Below the pieces are notes generated by a model. That model worked only from the letters and a program-made list of their open reading frames with translations, was not told the DNA's origin and did no database searches. 64,000 nt of DNA from Eledone cirrhosa (Eukaryota), in contig OZ024740.1 of assembly GCA_964016885.1 (NCBI GenBank), positions 273,606,001-273,670,000 on the forward strand. Reading direction: 5' to 3'. The first letter of the stretch is position 1. The number at the start of each line of letters is the position of its first letter. Shown in pieces: positions 13,694 through 26,119 of this stretch. A program made the translations under genes and the position numbers.

Positions 13694-13736
<43 letters not shown>

Positions 13737-13739
<3 letters not shown>

Positions 13740-13926
13740 CGAGGGAAATGTGGTAAGGAACCAGATGGACCATAACGCACTAAATTACTCAATACTTACG
13801 GTAGAAGTGTGGGTAATAGGAACGAGTAGGACCCCGACGGCTGAGGTCAAGCCGTTTCGACGGCTAATTCTGTCCAGAATTAGCCGTCAAAACGACTTGA
13901 GCTCAGCGGTCAGGGTCCTACTGGTT

Positions 13927-13931
<5 letters not shown>
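13737..13931 (-). mobile_element. Hairpin element family A copy 2 in (TA)n
   Basis: TGTGGTAAGGAACCAGATGGACC shared with the 3301 copy; hairpin 13816-13931. Confidence 0.8.
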
Positions 13932-14006
<75 letters not shown>

Positions 14007-14125
14007 TATATATATGAATATATATATATATGAATATATATATATATGAATATATATATGTATCTGAATATATATATGAATATATATATTAATATATATA
14101 TATATTAAAATAACAGATTAGAGTT

Positions 14126-14183
<58 letters not shown>

Positions 14184-14451
14184 TTGCGCACATCATATAG
14201 AGAGACTCGTTTACACATATCTGAAACACTTGCACGTACCGGTAATATGTCAGCAAAAACATCCGCATTAGTTATGATAATCATAAAAGAATTGTCGCTC
14301 GGATCATTTTACAAAAACTACCTTGCTGTATGTAGAAATCCTTCAGATTAGCACCAACACACACTGTAAACTGAGTGACATGTTTTCATTTCGGAAACCT
14401 CCCCAATCTAGGGTTTCATCAAAGGAGAAGTCACTAAATAGATTATTTGAA

Positions 14452-14600
14452 GCCTGTCAATGTGATTGTCGCAGTAGCAACGGAAACACGACATCCGACT
14501 GTGATCACTTATCCGGATCTTGTGGATTGAAATACAATACGTTTGGAGGTAGCTGGAGGGGTGTTGTTTAGCCATCAACCATCACAACATTTGAAATGCA
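14452..14600 (+). pseudogene. Possible decayed laminin-type EGF exon
   Basis: After TTTGAAG it reads ACQCDCRSSNGNTTSDCDHLSGSCGLKYNTFGGSW. Cys spacing resembles a laminin EGF repeat, but two Cys are lost and the frame breaks. Confidence 0.3.
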
Positions 14601-14633
14601 TACAAACACACACAAACACAAGTACAAACACAC

Positions 14634-14693
<60 letters not shown>

Positions 14694-14734
14694 ATATATA
14701 TATATATATATAATATATATATATATATTATAGA

Positions 14735-15413
14735 TTGTTGGCTTCTTGCTCACATTAATTTCTCTATTTTGATTTATATTTATACTCGGAATTTTTCCTA
14801 GAGTGCTTAAAGTTATTTGTGACTAATCCCGGTCTTTTTTTAAAATAACCGCGATAATAATGCTATTTTGCTGAACTCCTTACTTTTTGTAGAGTCTTTT
14901 CGGAATGTTTTCACTGCTGTTTCATGTAAACAGACATTGGTCTCATTCTGACATCACCAGCCATGTTTCTCCATGTGTGTTTATTTTCATAATTCCGCAC
15001 GAGGTGAACTAGCGTGCTTTCAAATTCCCTTTCTGGCATATTTTTGCAGTGAAATTTTGGTTATCCTGTTTGAGCTCTACTGATGAACGGTTCCAACGGT
15101 GACTAACCCCACTGAAAAGTTTCGTGAAATAGTCTTTTTAAGACTATATAGAGTATTTCTAGTTTTTCCAAATTGGTGGATGAGTATTTAAACTTTATTT
15201 TATTCTGAGTTAAGACACTATTGGTTTTTTCCCTGGATTTCACAAAATCTGTGGACAAAATCTCTGTCTTGATTTTTTTTTAATTGAGTTTGAATTATTT
15301 TCCCATATCTTACGTTAATTATTTTCCATTTTGACGTTATAGTCACTTATATATTATGAAATACTGTTGGCTTCTTGCTCACATTGATTTCTCTATTTTC
15401 ATTTATATATATA
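14735..15413 (+). mobile_element. ~630 bp non-coding retrozyme-like element with ~49 bp terminal direct repeats
   Basis: TGTTGGCTTCTTGCTCACATT(A/G)ATTTCTCTATTTT(G/C)ATTTATAT at 14735 and 15365; internal hammerhead; flanked by (TA)n. Confidence 0.75.
15075..15153 (+). ncRNA. Type I hammerhead ribozyme with intact core
   Basis: CTCTA-CTGATGA-ACGG...TCGT-GAAA-TAGTC-TTTTTAA-GACTA-TA-TAGAG. Stems I and III pair perfectly; predicted cleavage after 15148. Confidence 0.85.
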
Positions 15414-15423
15414 TTTATATATA

Positions 15424-15507
<84 letters not shown>

Positions 15508-15699
15508 TATATACATGCATATATATATATGTATATATGCTTGTATGTATGTATGCATGTAAGTATGTATGTATGTAAGTATGTATGTATATATAAATGT
15601 ATGTATAGAGAGAGACATAGATGGGATATATATATATATAATAGATATACAGAGAGATAGACTGGTAAATAGATAGATTGAATAGACAGATAGATAGAT

Positions 15700-15888
15700 A
15701 GATATGTTTCTTTATTAGCCACATGGGCACAAAAGAAGGGGACAAATACAAAGGGGGAAGTTTACATACAATAAAAACGTGTAAAATGTTATCACAAATG
15801 CAATTTAAAAAATTAGTCGATTTTCCCGAATAGGGGGAGACAATTCATAAGAGTAACACATACCCCCGAATAAATGTGCAACCCTAGT
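15700..15888 (-). mobile_element. Tx1-clade LINE 3' UTR fragment running into (CTAT)n
   Basis: Reverse complement GTATTTGTCCCCTTCTT...AATAAAGAAAC matches the 3' end at 18810-18880. Confidence 0.7.
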
Positions 15889-15931
<43 letters not shown>

Positions 15932-16230
15932 TTAATTAGATAGAACGGTATAATTAAAAATAGAAGTGTAATTAAAAATAGAACCGTACAAGTATCAACA
16001 TTAATTTAGATATAAAAAAAGACCTGTACCTACTGAATTTGAATCTGCAGAATTATGATATAATTGAAAGATACAAGAAAAAAAAAAATATATATATATA
16101 TATATCTGTGTGTGTATATATGTGAAGTAATTTCGTCGGAAAGGTCCAGGAAAAGAGAGTGCTCTATGTAAGTTACAGAGCTTATTAGTTATGTAATAAA
16201 CAATAAGATAATTATTTCATTTATCACGGG

Positions 16231-18880
16231 TCAGTTCTTCGACGCGAAACACGAAGGCTGCATTGTCCGAAGCAAAATACGTGCTCTGGGAAACGAGGGG
16301 ACCAAAGCTGTTAGCTGGGCCCGCGTGACAGAAGCCAAAAGTGGGTTTAGATCCACTATCCGGTCTTTGCGAGACCAGCATGGACGGGTGATCCTTGAAG
16401 CTAAGCAGATGTGCGAGGCACTTTGCCCGATTGTTCGGAAGGGGAGGGGGGCGTATGGAGATGTCGACCTCGGTCCATACCTCGATGGCCTGCCGCGTCT
16501 TTCGGACGAGGAGGCGAAGTCCTGCAAGAGGCCAATCTTAGCTGCTGAAATAGGGGACGTGCTCAGCCAATGCAGCAGACGCAAATCTCCGGGCTTCGAT
16601 GGCCTTCCATACGAACTGTATTTAAGTATGCCGGACCTGTTCTTCGATCTCCTCGAGGCGCTCTACTGCAACTGGCAACAGAACGGGATAATTCCCTGTT
16701 CTGTGACCAAGGACAGTCTCGATAGTGAGGAAGGACGAGAACAAGGGGGATGAAATAAGTAATTTTAGGCCCATAACTCTGCTAAATGCAGAGTTAAAGA
16801 TTTTGGCCAAGGTGTTAGCAAAGAGGTTGGCGCTTGTCGTGGGAAACCTGTTGGGGGATGCGCAGATATGCGCCATCCCGTCCAGGTCCATTCACGACAA
16901 CCTCCATCTCATGCGATACATCATAGAGAGAGATGGGAACGAACCCGGATTTGGTGAGGCCCTGATCAACTTGGATCAATCTAAGGCGTTCCATAAGGTC
17001 GACCATCGTTACCTGGATGCGGTCCAAGTGGCGGCAGGTTTCGGACCCGTTTTCACGGGCTGGATCACTGCCATGCACAGCAGCCGCATCTGCTCTAGGG
17101 TCAAGGTGAACCGCTATCTCTCGGAGCCGTTCCAAATCACGCGGTTCATCTAACAGGGATACCCTCTCTCCCCCTTCTGTATGTATTTGCCCTAGAGTCA
17201 CTGCTGCGGAAGTTGGAGTTGTTACAAGGCATCCCTTTGGAACCGGGATTGCGGAAAGCGGTGTCGGCCTACGCCGATGACGTGACAGTAATGGTGTCAA
17301 GCGCCTCGGAAATTGGGGTGATCGGCATCTTACTGGAGGAATATGAAAAGTTTACAGGGGCTAAGCTGAACCGGGACAAGTCAGTCGGGTTGCAACTCGG
17401 CGAGTGGAGGGGAAAACCGATGGCCTCCAACGGCGTCGTCGAATACTGGACGGAGGGCCCGGTGAAGTTGCTCGGGGTCTGGTTTGGGCCAGACCTCCAG
17501 GTAGAGAAGAACTGGGGTGAGGTATCGAACAGGGTGTTTGAGCTGACGCAGAACTGGGCTGAGTTCAAACTATCCCTGAAAGGTCGGGCGGAGGTGGCGA
17601 ACGCTTATATAGCGTCCGTCATCTATTACCCACTGACTGTCGTGCCTTGCCCAAGGGAAACGCTCACCAAAATGGAGCGCGCACTCTTCCAATTCCTTTG
17701 GAAGAAGCGGGCTCCTTTGGTGAGGAGATCCATCTGCTGTCAACACCGTTCTAAAGGCGGTAGGGGATGCCGTGGTTGCTGATGCGTAAACACGTATTAA
17801 GGCTACAGTACCTCCAGGTATTCCTCACCGGTCAACCGGTGTGGGCCCCGTTTGTGAGGCGGCCTTTCCGAGACTCGTCTCGCTCACCGAGCTGCAGTCC
17901 TGGGTCAAGCAAAGACCGAGAAAATTGGCCGCGTGGCACACCGTGTGTGCCCAAGTGCTCACGGATCTCTGGCAGGCGGACCCGGCTATCGGTGGAGACT
18001 CCACCTCGTCATTCTATAGAAGGCTGGTGGTTAGTAGGTGCGACGACGCCCTCGGACAAGTCCTAGGCACGGAAGAAGATGAACTGGCCAGCCTATTCGG
18101 GAGGACATTTGGCTCGGGACCTATGGACAACTTCCAGAGATCCCTGGCCTGGCAGTGATACCGAGGGGCGCTGCCCGTTCGATAACTCTACAGATACGGG
18201 CGCCAGGGTAGGGACCCCTCGAAAAAGATCTGTTCCATATGAGTGCGCGACGAGGAAACCGTTGCGCACATATTGGTACACTGCTCGGGCGTTGCCGATC
18301 TGTGGGGCTATATCGAACGACTGCTGTCACGGGTGGGACCAATCCGGTTGACCACCGAGTACATTGTAACGATCAAGCCGCCCCCCGCCCTAAAAAATGA
18401 AGGAGAGGCGGTCTTCCTCTGTGTAATAGCCATGGTGAAAGAGGTGGTATGGTGGACACGTTTGAAAGGGCTGAGATCAGACACCTTTCTCTCTGGCCAG
18501 CAACTGGTCTTTTTCTTTAAATACCATTTTAAGAGAAGGTTCAGAATGGAGAGAGATGTGCTCTACCCCAGCAAGTTTTATGAAAGGTGGGTGAAAGTAA
18601 CGAGAATGGCCGGTGTGAATAGGCCTTCTCTCTTTATCAGCCTGTAGGTGGAAAGGTGGAAGTTCAATGGAGCCCCCGCCTCTCTGTGCTCCTAAGGAAA
18701 AAGGTTGAACACTTTTTCGGGGGTGTGTGTAACCCCCAAAACACCTCCTCCTTATTAAGGACTGCATTGTTAATTTTATATTTGTTATTTGTTTTTTACT
18801 CGTTCCTTTATGTAAACTCCCCTCCCCCTTGTATTTGTCCCCTTCTTGTGTGCCCTCGTGACAAATAAATAGAAACTTAT
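16231..18880 (+). mobile_element. 5'-truncated, disrupted Tx1/L1-clade LINE (RT + C-terminal Zn finger)
   Basis: KSPGFDGLPYE, FRPITLLNAELKILAK, LDQSKAF, SAYADD, EETVAHILVHC across frameshifted ORFs; AATAAA then (CTAT)n. Confidence 0.93.
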
Positions 18881-19149
18881 CTATCTATCTATCTATCTGT
18901 CTATTTAATCTATCTATTTATCAGTCTATCTGTCTTTATATCTATTATATATATATACCCCATCTTTGTCTCTCTCTATACATACATTCATATATACATA
19001 CATGAATACGTACATACATCTTACATACATACTTACATGCAAACATGCATATATGCATACATGCATACATAGATACATGCATACACATATACTTACATAC
19101 ATACATGCATGATGACTGCAAACTCTGCTAAGAGTATTGCAATCATTTG

Positions 19150-19720
19150 TCAGATTATAGAGTTTGGTGCACTTTTAGGGTACGACCAGTCACACGCACC
19201 TGTAACATATCCTGAACAAGCAGGCTTTTTAAGTGGGGAAAGGCCAAGCACTCGGCCAATCCCACTCTCTGATCATCGAAAATACTACCAGAAAAGGGGA
19301 ACTGGTCGGATGTTTCCGAAGTGGCAGGTTTTTTTCTTCTTTTCAGTGTTTCCCTCTCGAAGAGACGTGTTGTGATAACAACTGGGGGCCTTTCACTCCC
19401 AGTTTGGAAAAAAAAGGACTGTTTGTATGGCCGTTGACTCTGCTGATTTCCCTCCACCTTTTACCGGGTCTTGTATTTCATCCAGCAGGGTGTCCAAATA
19501 TCAACCTCCTCACCATGCAACCCTTGTGGGGTCACCGGTTTAATCGCCGACGACCCGACAATGAGACAGGTCGTACTGGGTTACATGTTACCAGTAGCAC
19601 TCGAGAGTGACTTGACATAATGCATACATGCATATATATATATATATATATATATACATGCAAACATACATACATACATACATGACGGTTGCCTCCTCGT
19701 TATCGAGTATGGCCATTGCA
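19150..19720 (-). mobile_element. Probable RTE-type LINE 5' UTR fragment
   Basis: GC-rich island amid (TACA)n; the minus strand runs into TGRTLKVHQTL, resembling an RTE ORF start. Family assignment is by recollection only. Confidence 0.4.
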
Positions 19721-19799
19721 CAATATACCATTATTAATAATTATTAATTAATTCTATCGTGAAAGGGAATTGGTCCAAGGAGTATGGGAAATTACAGAG

Positions 19800-20594
19800 A
19801 AAATCAGGTGGGGTGGCAGGGAAAAGAACGAAGCGGGTATAAGAACTTGTTTCCTTAATCTTGTTCATCCTCACCATAAACTTCCGAAAGCAAACGCCCA
19901 CGGATTGTTAGCATAGACAACCCCAGGAGTTGGTAGTTATGAGTGAGACCGGAATTTTGCGATGCAGTCTTGGAAACAACAAACGTTTGGATGGAGTGGT
20001 GTGATAGTGCTGTCAGAAAGGCCTTGATCGAGAGATAAGAACGGTTTTCCTGGACATTGGTGATAGATAGGTGATTATACCCCACCCTCAAAAAAGAAAC
20101 AGACGCCAAGACTGGAATGATTGTTCTTTCATAATTGTGCAAGAGACAGGTCACACAATTCGGAAAATCCATAAAACCGATACCCGTCAGTCTGGACTAC
20201 CGGATGCCTTATTAATGATACACTGACAGGCGTTGTGGTAAACCCATCTTCAAAGATGAGGCCAGCGAAAGCAAAAGCCAACCATGTATGTTTAGTGCAA
20301 TACGTCTATCCAGAACTTTTATCTTGGACCAGAAACATTCCTGGGTAATGGAGTAGTTAAGGTGGTTCAAGAGATCATCATTGCATTTTACCATTTGGCC
20401 AGGGAGGAATAAGTTGTATGATGAACACATCTCTAATATGTTTCTGGACAGATACCTTACTCCCTGGCCGGGACTTCATCATTTATTTATTGCAATTTTT
20501 TTCAGCTTAGTATTCTTCCCAACGACTTGGGCCCTTATGGCAAATAAAGAAATCATTATAATCATTATATTATTATTATTATTATTATTATTAT
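19800..20594 (+). mobile_element. Highly deleted Tx1-like remnant (APE N-terminus fragment + 3' tail)
   Basis: VVMSETGI and RKGLDREIRTVFLD-like segments match the ORF2 start at 22430; ends GGCAAATAAAGAAATC(ATT)n like the other Tx1 copies. Confidence 0.6.
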
Positions 20595-22003
20595 TTGCAT
20601 TTATCTTGCTTTATGTTTATACGAGTTATCACCAAGTCACAACCAGTGACCTCAAGAGACAACAAGGTCCGCCATGTTCAAGAAAGAACACACATATTCA
20701 CACATGCATCCTTAGTGTTTAGACTTGTGATGTACTTATATTGACAGGATCTTCCTTAGTATATGGGCAGTTCCCATTAGTACTATCTTTTGTATTTCTC
20801 CTATACGCGGGTTTCCTGGGATTTGCGATAAGTAGTCGTTAGACCCCTTAGGTATCATTCCCAGAGCGCCTACAACCACTGGTATTGTTTTAGTTCTCAA
20901 TTTCCACATTTTTCCAATTTCTATCTCCAGGTCCTCATACTTGCTCAATTTTTCAAATGTTTTTATAGATACATTCTTGTCTATTGGAACAGACATATCA
21001 ATTAGCAGGCATACCCTCCTTTGAAAGTCCTTCAATATTATATCAGGTCTATTTGCATCTATTTTTCGGTCTGTTTGGATGCTAAAGTTCCACAAGATTG
21101 AGATGTGATCTTTTTCAAGTATGGGAGGTGGTTGATGCTCCCACCAATTCTTTTGATGGGGCAGGTCAAAATGCTTGCACATTATCCAATGTATGTATTG
21201 TGCAGCTCTGTCATGCCTGTTTAGGTATTCGGTTGGAGCTATAGGACTGCACATTGAAATTATATGGTCAATGGTCTCTGGTTGTTTTTTGCATACACGG
21301 CATAATGGGCTGCACCCATTTTTTATTATGTTGGCTTGGTAATTTTTTGTTGGCAGACACTGATCTTGTGCGGATATAATCAGTCCTTCAGTCTCCGATT
21401 TCAGTCCAGAGGATGCCAACCACTGATGGGTTAAAGTTTTGTCAACATCAGGATTGTTAGCTCGCTCTGGGTATTTTCCATACAGAGGCTTTTCTTGCCA
21501 TTTCTTAGCCAGTTTCTGTAGCAGTTCTTTCTTTGCAGTTACTTTTACCTGCTTTGCTTTTTCTGTGTTTTCCATTTCAGCAGTAAATGGGACTTCTGAA
21601 ATTTGTAGTCCATTACTGTATCTTTGTGCATCTTTTGTAATGGAATATGATCTTTTGGTGCTTTCGTGTTTCAAAACGAGTTTGATCATCCAATCATGTG
21701 ATTCCCTTAGATATGTGGATAATCCAATTGTTGCAGTTTTCAACGCAATGTCTAACTGGATTAACCCACGTCCTCCTTCTTTCCTAGGGAGATATATTCT
21801 ATCTATGTCTGCCTTAGGGTGATGCATTCTGTGCATGGTTAAGAATTTTCGGATTTTTGTATCGAGCCTACGGATCTCTGTGCTTGACCAGTTGATGACA
21901 TTGTAACTGTAGGTTACTACTGGTATGGCAAGCGTGTTTATGGCATCGATCCTATTCCTTGCATTCAATTCCGTTCTTAAGATTGCTCTGACTCTGCGGT
22001 AAC

Positions 22004-22007
<4 letters not shown>
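20595..22007 (-). mobile_element. 5'-truncated R4/Dong-like non-LTR retrotransposon (thumb, CCHC, restriction-like endonuclease)
   Basis: PRKEGGRGL, CRVC...ETIDHIISMC, RHD, RPDII...LIDMSVP, KLSKYEDL, PVVVGALG; open frame ~22005-20736; flanked both sides by (TAA)n. Confidence 0.9.

Positions 22008-22078
<71 letters not shown>
22008..22078 (+). repeat. (ATT)n microsatellite at LINE junction
   Basis: Perfect triplet run. Confidence 0.95.
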
Positions 22079-25000
22079 AACCACACCAACAAAATGTTAA
22101 AAACTTCGTGCTTGTCAGAAGGGCAAACGATAAACTAATGGCCCTCTTAGCGCGAAGCGAGGACATTCAAACAGAGGGGGAGATTTTTGAAATGAGCACA
22201 TCTTGCGTGCCAGAAGATTTGCTTCTGGTCCGAATGTCACTCAATTCCTTTAAAGAAATTCGAGAGAGCTTTCCTCAAGACGTGGGAACCCCGAATGTGA
22301 AACCCACATCAAGACTTTTAAAGGGGTTCCCAAAAGAAACCCCACCAACCATGGAGGTCGAACCACCCGACCTTCACAAGACCCCGGGAGGTAAGTAAAC
22401 CTTCCCTCTCTCTCTCTTAGCTTACCAATATGGCCATATTAAGAGTAGGAAGTTTAAATGTTCGCGGCCTGGGGTCACCCTGGAAGCAGGGTCGCCTGCT
22501 CAACGACCTCCGGTCGCTGGAAATGGTTGTGATTGCAGTAAGCGAGACCAGAATTTCCGACACGCGCGCACTAGCCCCCATTTTCGACGACTATCAGATC
22601 TTCGCATCTGTTAGCAGGCCGGGAATGGGGGGTGGGGTGGCAGTGCTGTTTAGGAAAGGACTGGATCTCGAGGTAAGGTCGATCTTCCGGGACCCGGACG
22701 GTAAGTTGGTGGTCTTGTATGTGAGCAGTAGCGAAGGTGGTGCCTTTAGACTGCTGGCCGTCTACGCCCCTACAGGGGCCGGACGACCGGACTTTTTTAG
22801 GCGCCTCGAGACCTTTATGGGTACGTCTCGCCCTTTACTGATAGCGGGGGACTGGAATGGCATCTTAGACGCACGCTGGGATTGGGTGGGAGTATCCGAT
22901 AGGTGCGGGAGGTGCAAAAGCCTCAAGCACCTACTCAGCCAGTTCCAACTGTCTGACAGGTATCGACTAGATTTCCCCAATGTGCCAGTATGGACATGAA
23001 CCAACCGAATGGGGTCATCTAGATCGTATATAGACAGGATCTTCATCAGAAAAATAGAAAGAAATAGTGTGGGCTGTCCACTTTTTAAAACGGTCGCCTA
23101 TTCAGATCACAAATTTGTGATCTGTACGGTCGACCTAAGTAAAACGCGTAGGTTAGGATCGGGTTACTGGAAGCTTAACATGTCATTTCCGGCACGTAAG
23201 GCTTACAGGGACCGAGTCAACAATTTAGTTAAGCAAAAATTGACGGGGGATCATCAACAACAGATGGTGGGGGCTGTCAAAAGAGAGATTAGAGTAACTT
23301 CGATAGAGTTCAGCAAAGAACTAGCGTTAGAGAAAAATAGAAAGGAGGGGGAGCTGGTAGATAAGTTAGACCAGGCTATTTGTAGTGGCATCGCAACTGA
23401 CGTGCTAGCGGCGAGAATGCATTAGACCATTTCTTCAATGCCAAACACGAAGGTTGCATTGTCAGAGCTAAGGCGCGTGCGCTGAGAAAAGAAGGAACTA
23501 AAGCTGTTAGATGGGCCCGCGCGGTGGAGGCCCAGCGTGGTAATAAAACCACAATTCCGTCTTTGGCGGACCGAGATGGACACGAGATAAGCGATTCCAA
23601 GCGGATGCGTGAGGCCTTTCGCCAGCACTTTGCTCGGTTGTTCGGGGAGAGTGGCGAGTCAGAGAGCGTAGCGGATTTCAGTCCCTACCTTGACGGCTTT
23701 CCGCGCATCTCGACGGTCGACGCTGAGCGCTGCGAAAGGCCGATTACTTCAGCCGAAATTCAGGACGCCCTTGTCGGCTGCATGAGGCGCAAGTCACGCG
23801 GTTTGGATGGCCTGCCCTACGAGCTTTACGTAAATATGCCAGACTTGTTCTCCGAACTCCTCGAAGCACTCTACTGCAACTGGCAGCAGAATGGGAGTAT
23901 TCCCAGTTCTGTGAGCAGGGGAGTGGTGACGCTGATAAGGAAAGACGAGAACAAGAGGGATACATTAGACAAATTCAGGCCCATAACTCTGCTCAACACA
24001 GAGTTTAAGATATTGGCCAAGGTGTTAGCAAAGAGATTGGCGCTTGTCGTCGAGGAGGCGCAAACTTGCGCAATCCCAGCCAGGTCCATACACAACAATC
24101 TCCACCTCAAGCGATACATCATAGAGAGGGTAGGGTGTAAACCTGGCTTCGGTGGGGCACTGATCAATTTAGATCAATCGAAAGCATTCGATAGGGTCGA
24201 CCATCGGTATCTGGAGTTTGTCCTCAAAGCAGCTGGCTTCGGCCCTGTCTTTAGAAGCTGGATCGTTGCAATGCACAGCGGCACACGCTCGGTGGTCAAG
24301 GTTAATGGCCACCTCTCGGAACCATTTCGGCTCTCCCGATCGGTCCGTCAAGGGTGCCCTCTCTCTTCCCTTCTGTACGTATTGACTCTCGACCTTTACT
24401 GCGGAAGCTGGAGCTGTTGCAGGGCATCCCGCTCGAACAGGAACGTGGAAAGGCGGTGTCGGCTTATGCGGACGACAACACCGTGATGGTGTCGAACACC
24501 TCAGAAATCGAGGTGGTCGGCGCCTTATTGAAGGAATATGAAAGGTTGACAGGAGCCAAACTTAACCCGGAAAAGTCGGTGGGCTTGCAGCTCGGAACCT
24601 GGAGAGGCAAGCCCATGTCGTCCAACAGCGTTGTGGGGCGCTGGACGGACGGACCGGTAAAGTTGCTTGGGGTTTGGTTCGGACCAGACCTCCAGGTGGA
24701 AAAGAATTGGGACGAGGTAACGAGCAGAGTAGCCAGTCTCACACAAAAATGGGCTGGGAGGAAGCTATCACTGAAAGGTCGCACGGAGGTGGCGAATGCG
24801 TACATCGCGTCCGTCATCTACTACCGCCTAACCGTCGTGCCTTGCCCCTGTCGGCGCCTCGTCAAGTTGGAACGGCTCCTCTTCAAATTCTTGTGGAGGG
24901 GACAAGTTGCGTTGGTGAGGCGGTCCATCTGCTGCCAGCACCCTCTACGCGGAGGGCTGGGCATGCCGTGGCTAATGATGCGGAGACATGCGTTGAGGCT

Positions 25001-26030
25001 TCGACATCTCCAGATATTCTGCCTCAATGGTGAACAGGTGTGGTCGCCGTTTATCAGACGAGCCTTTCCGCAGCTCATTTCTTTGACTGAGCTGCAGTCC
25101 TGGGTCAAGAAGAGACCGAGACTGGGTGACTGGCACCTGGAATGTTGCCAGGCACTCACTGCCCTCTACCAAGCGGGAAATGCGATCAATGGAACTTCCA
25201 CTCTCGAGTTCTATAGAGGATTAGTGGTGGGCAAGTGCGATGACGCACTCGGAGAAGCTTTGGGCCTCGACGAAGTCGAACTGACCAGTCTGTACCGGAG
25301 GACTTTTGAGCCGGGGACGATGGACAATTTCCAGAAATCCCTCGCTTGGCAGTGCTACCGGGGGGCACTGCCGGTTTGGGATAAACTCTACAGGCACGGA
25401 AGTGCTGTCAGACGGACCTGCCCAAGATGCGCACAGAACGACGAAACCGTTCTGCATGCACTTGCCCAATGTCCGTGCATTACTGACTTGTGGAGTTATG
25501 TCGAACAGCTACTGTCGTGTGTGGAACGAATCCGGCTACCGGCCGAGTCCATAGTGAAGATCGAGCCGCCACCTTCCTTAGGTCAGGAAGAGCAGGAAAT
25601 TTTCCTCTGTCTGGTGGCAGTTGCGAAAGAGATTATATGGTGGACCAGATTGAAAGGACTAAAGACAGACACTTTTCTCTTCGGCCAATCCCTCATCAAC
25701 TTTTTCAAGTTTCACCTGGAAAGGAGGGTGAGGGTGGAGAGAGAAGTGCTCTCCCCAGTACATTTGCTAAAAGGTGGGTGAATGTGGCGAGAATGGCTCG
25801 TGTGAATGGGCCTACTGGTTCAGGATTGGTGGGGTACCAATCGGGGAATTTATTTTGTTATATTTATGCACAGTTTATTTTATATTTTTATATTTTCATT
25901 GTTAAATTAGTCTTGCCATTGTGCACTTTTACTCGACCTTATTGTAAACCCCCACTGTCCCTGTCTTTGTATTGTCCCCTACATGTCGGCCTTTGTGGCT
26001 AATAAATGAAATCATTATTATTATTATTAT
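22079..26030 (+). mobile_element. Tx1/L1-clade LINE: ORF1 C-terminal remnant + disrupted ORF2 (APE, RT, Zn finger)
   Basis: MAILRVGSLNVRGL, SETR, VYAP, GDWN, SYIDR, SDH; RQGCPLS; SAYADD; CPRC...ETVLHALAQC; AATAAA + (ATT)n tail. Confidence 0.95.
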
Positions 26031-26119
26031 TATTTGTTATCATTACAAAACGGCGGTAACTACCGCGGAGTAATTTGGTTGAATTTTTATGTGTTATCGA
26101 AAGTTCTAATAATATATTT

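Noticed and set aside
22008-22166. Poly-Asn N-terminus of the 476-aa ORF
   Set aside because: Read-through of the (TAA)n target and the neighbouring Tx1 antisense; not part of the protein.
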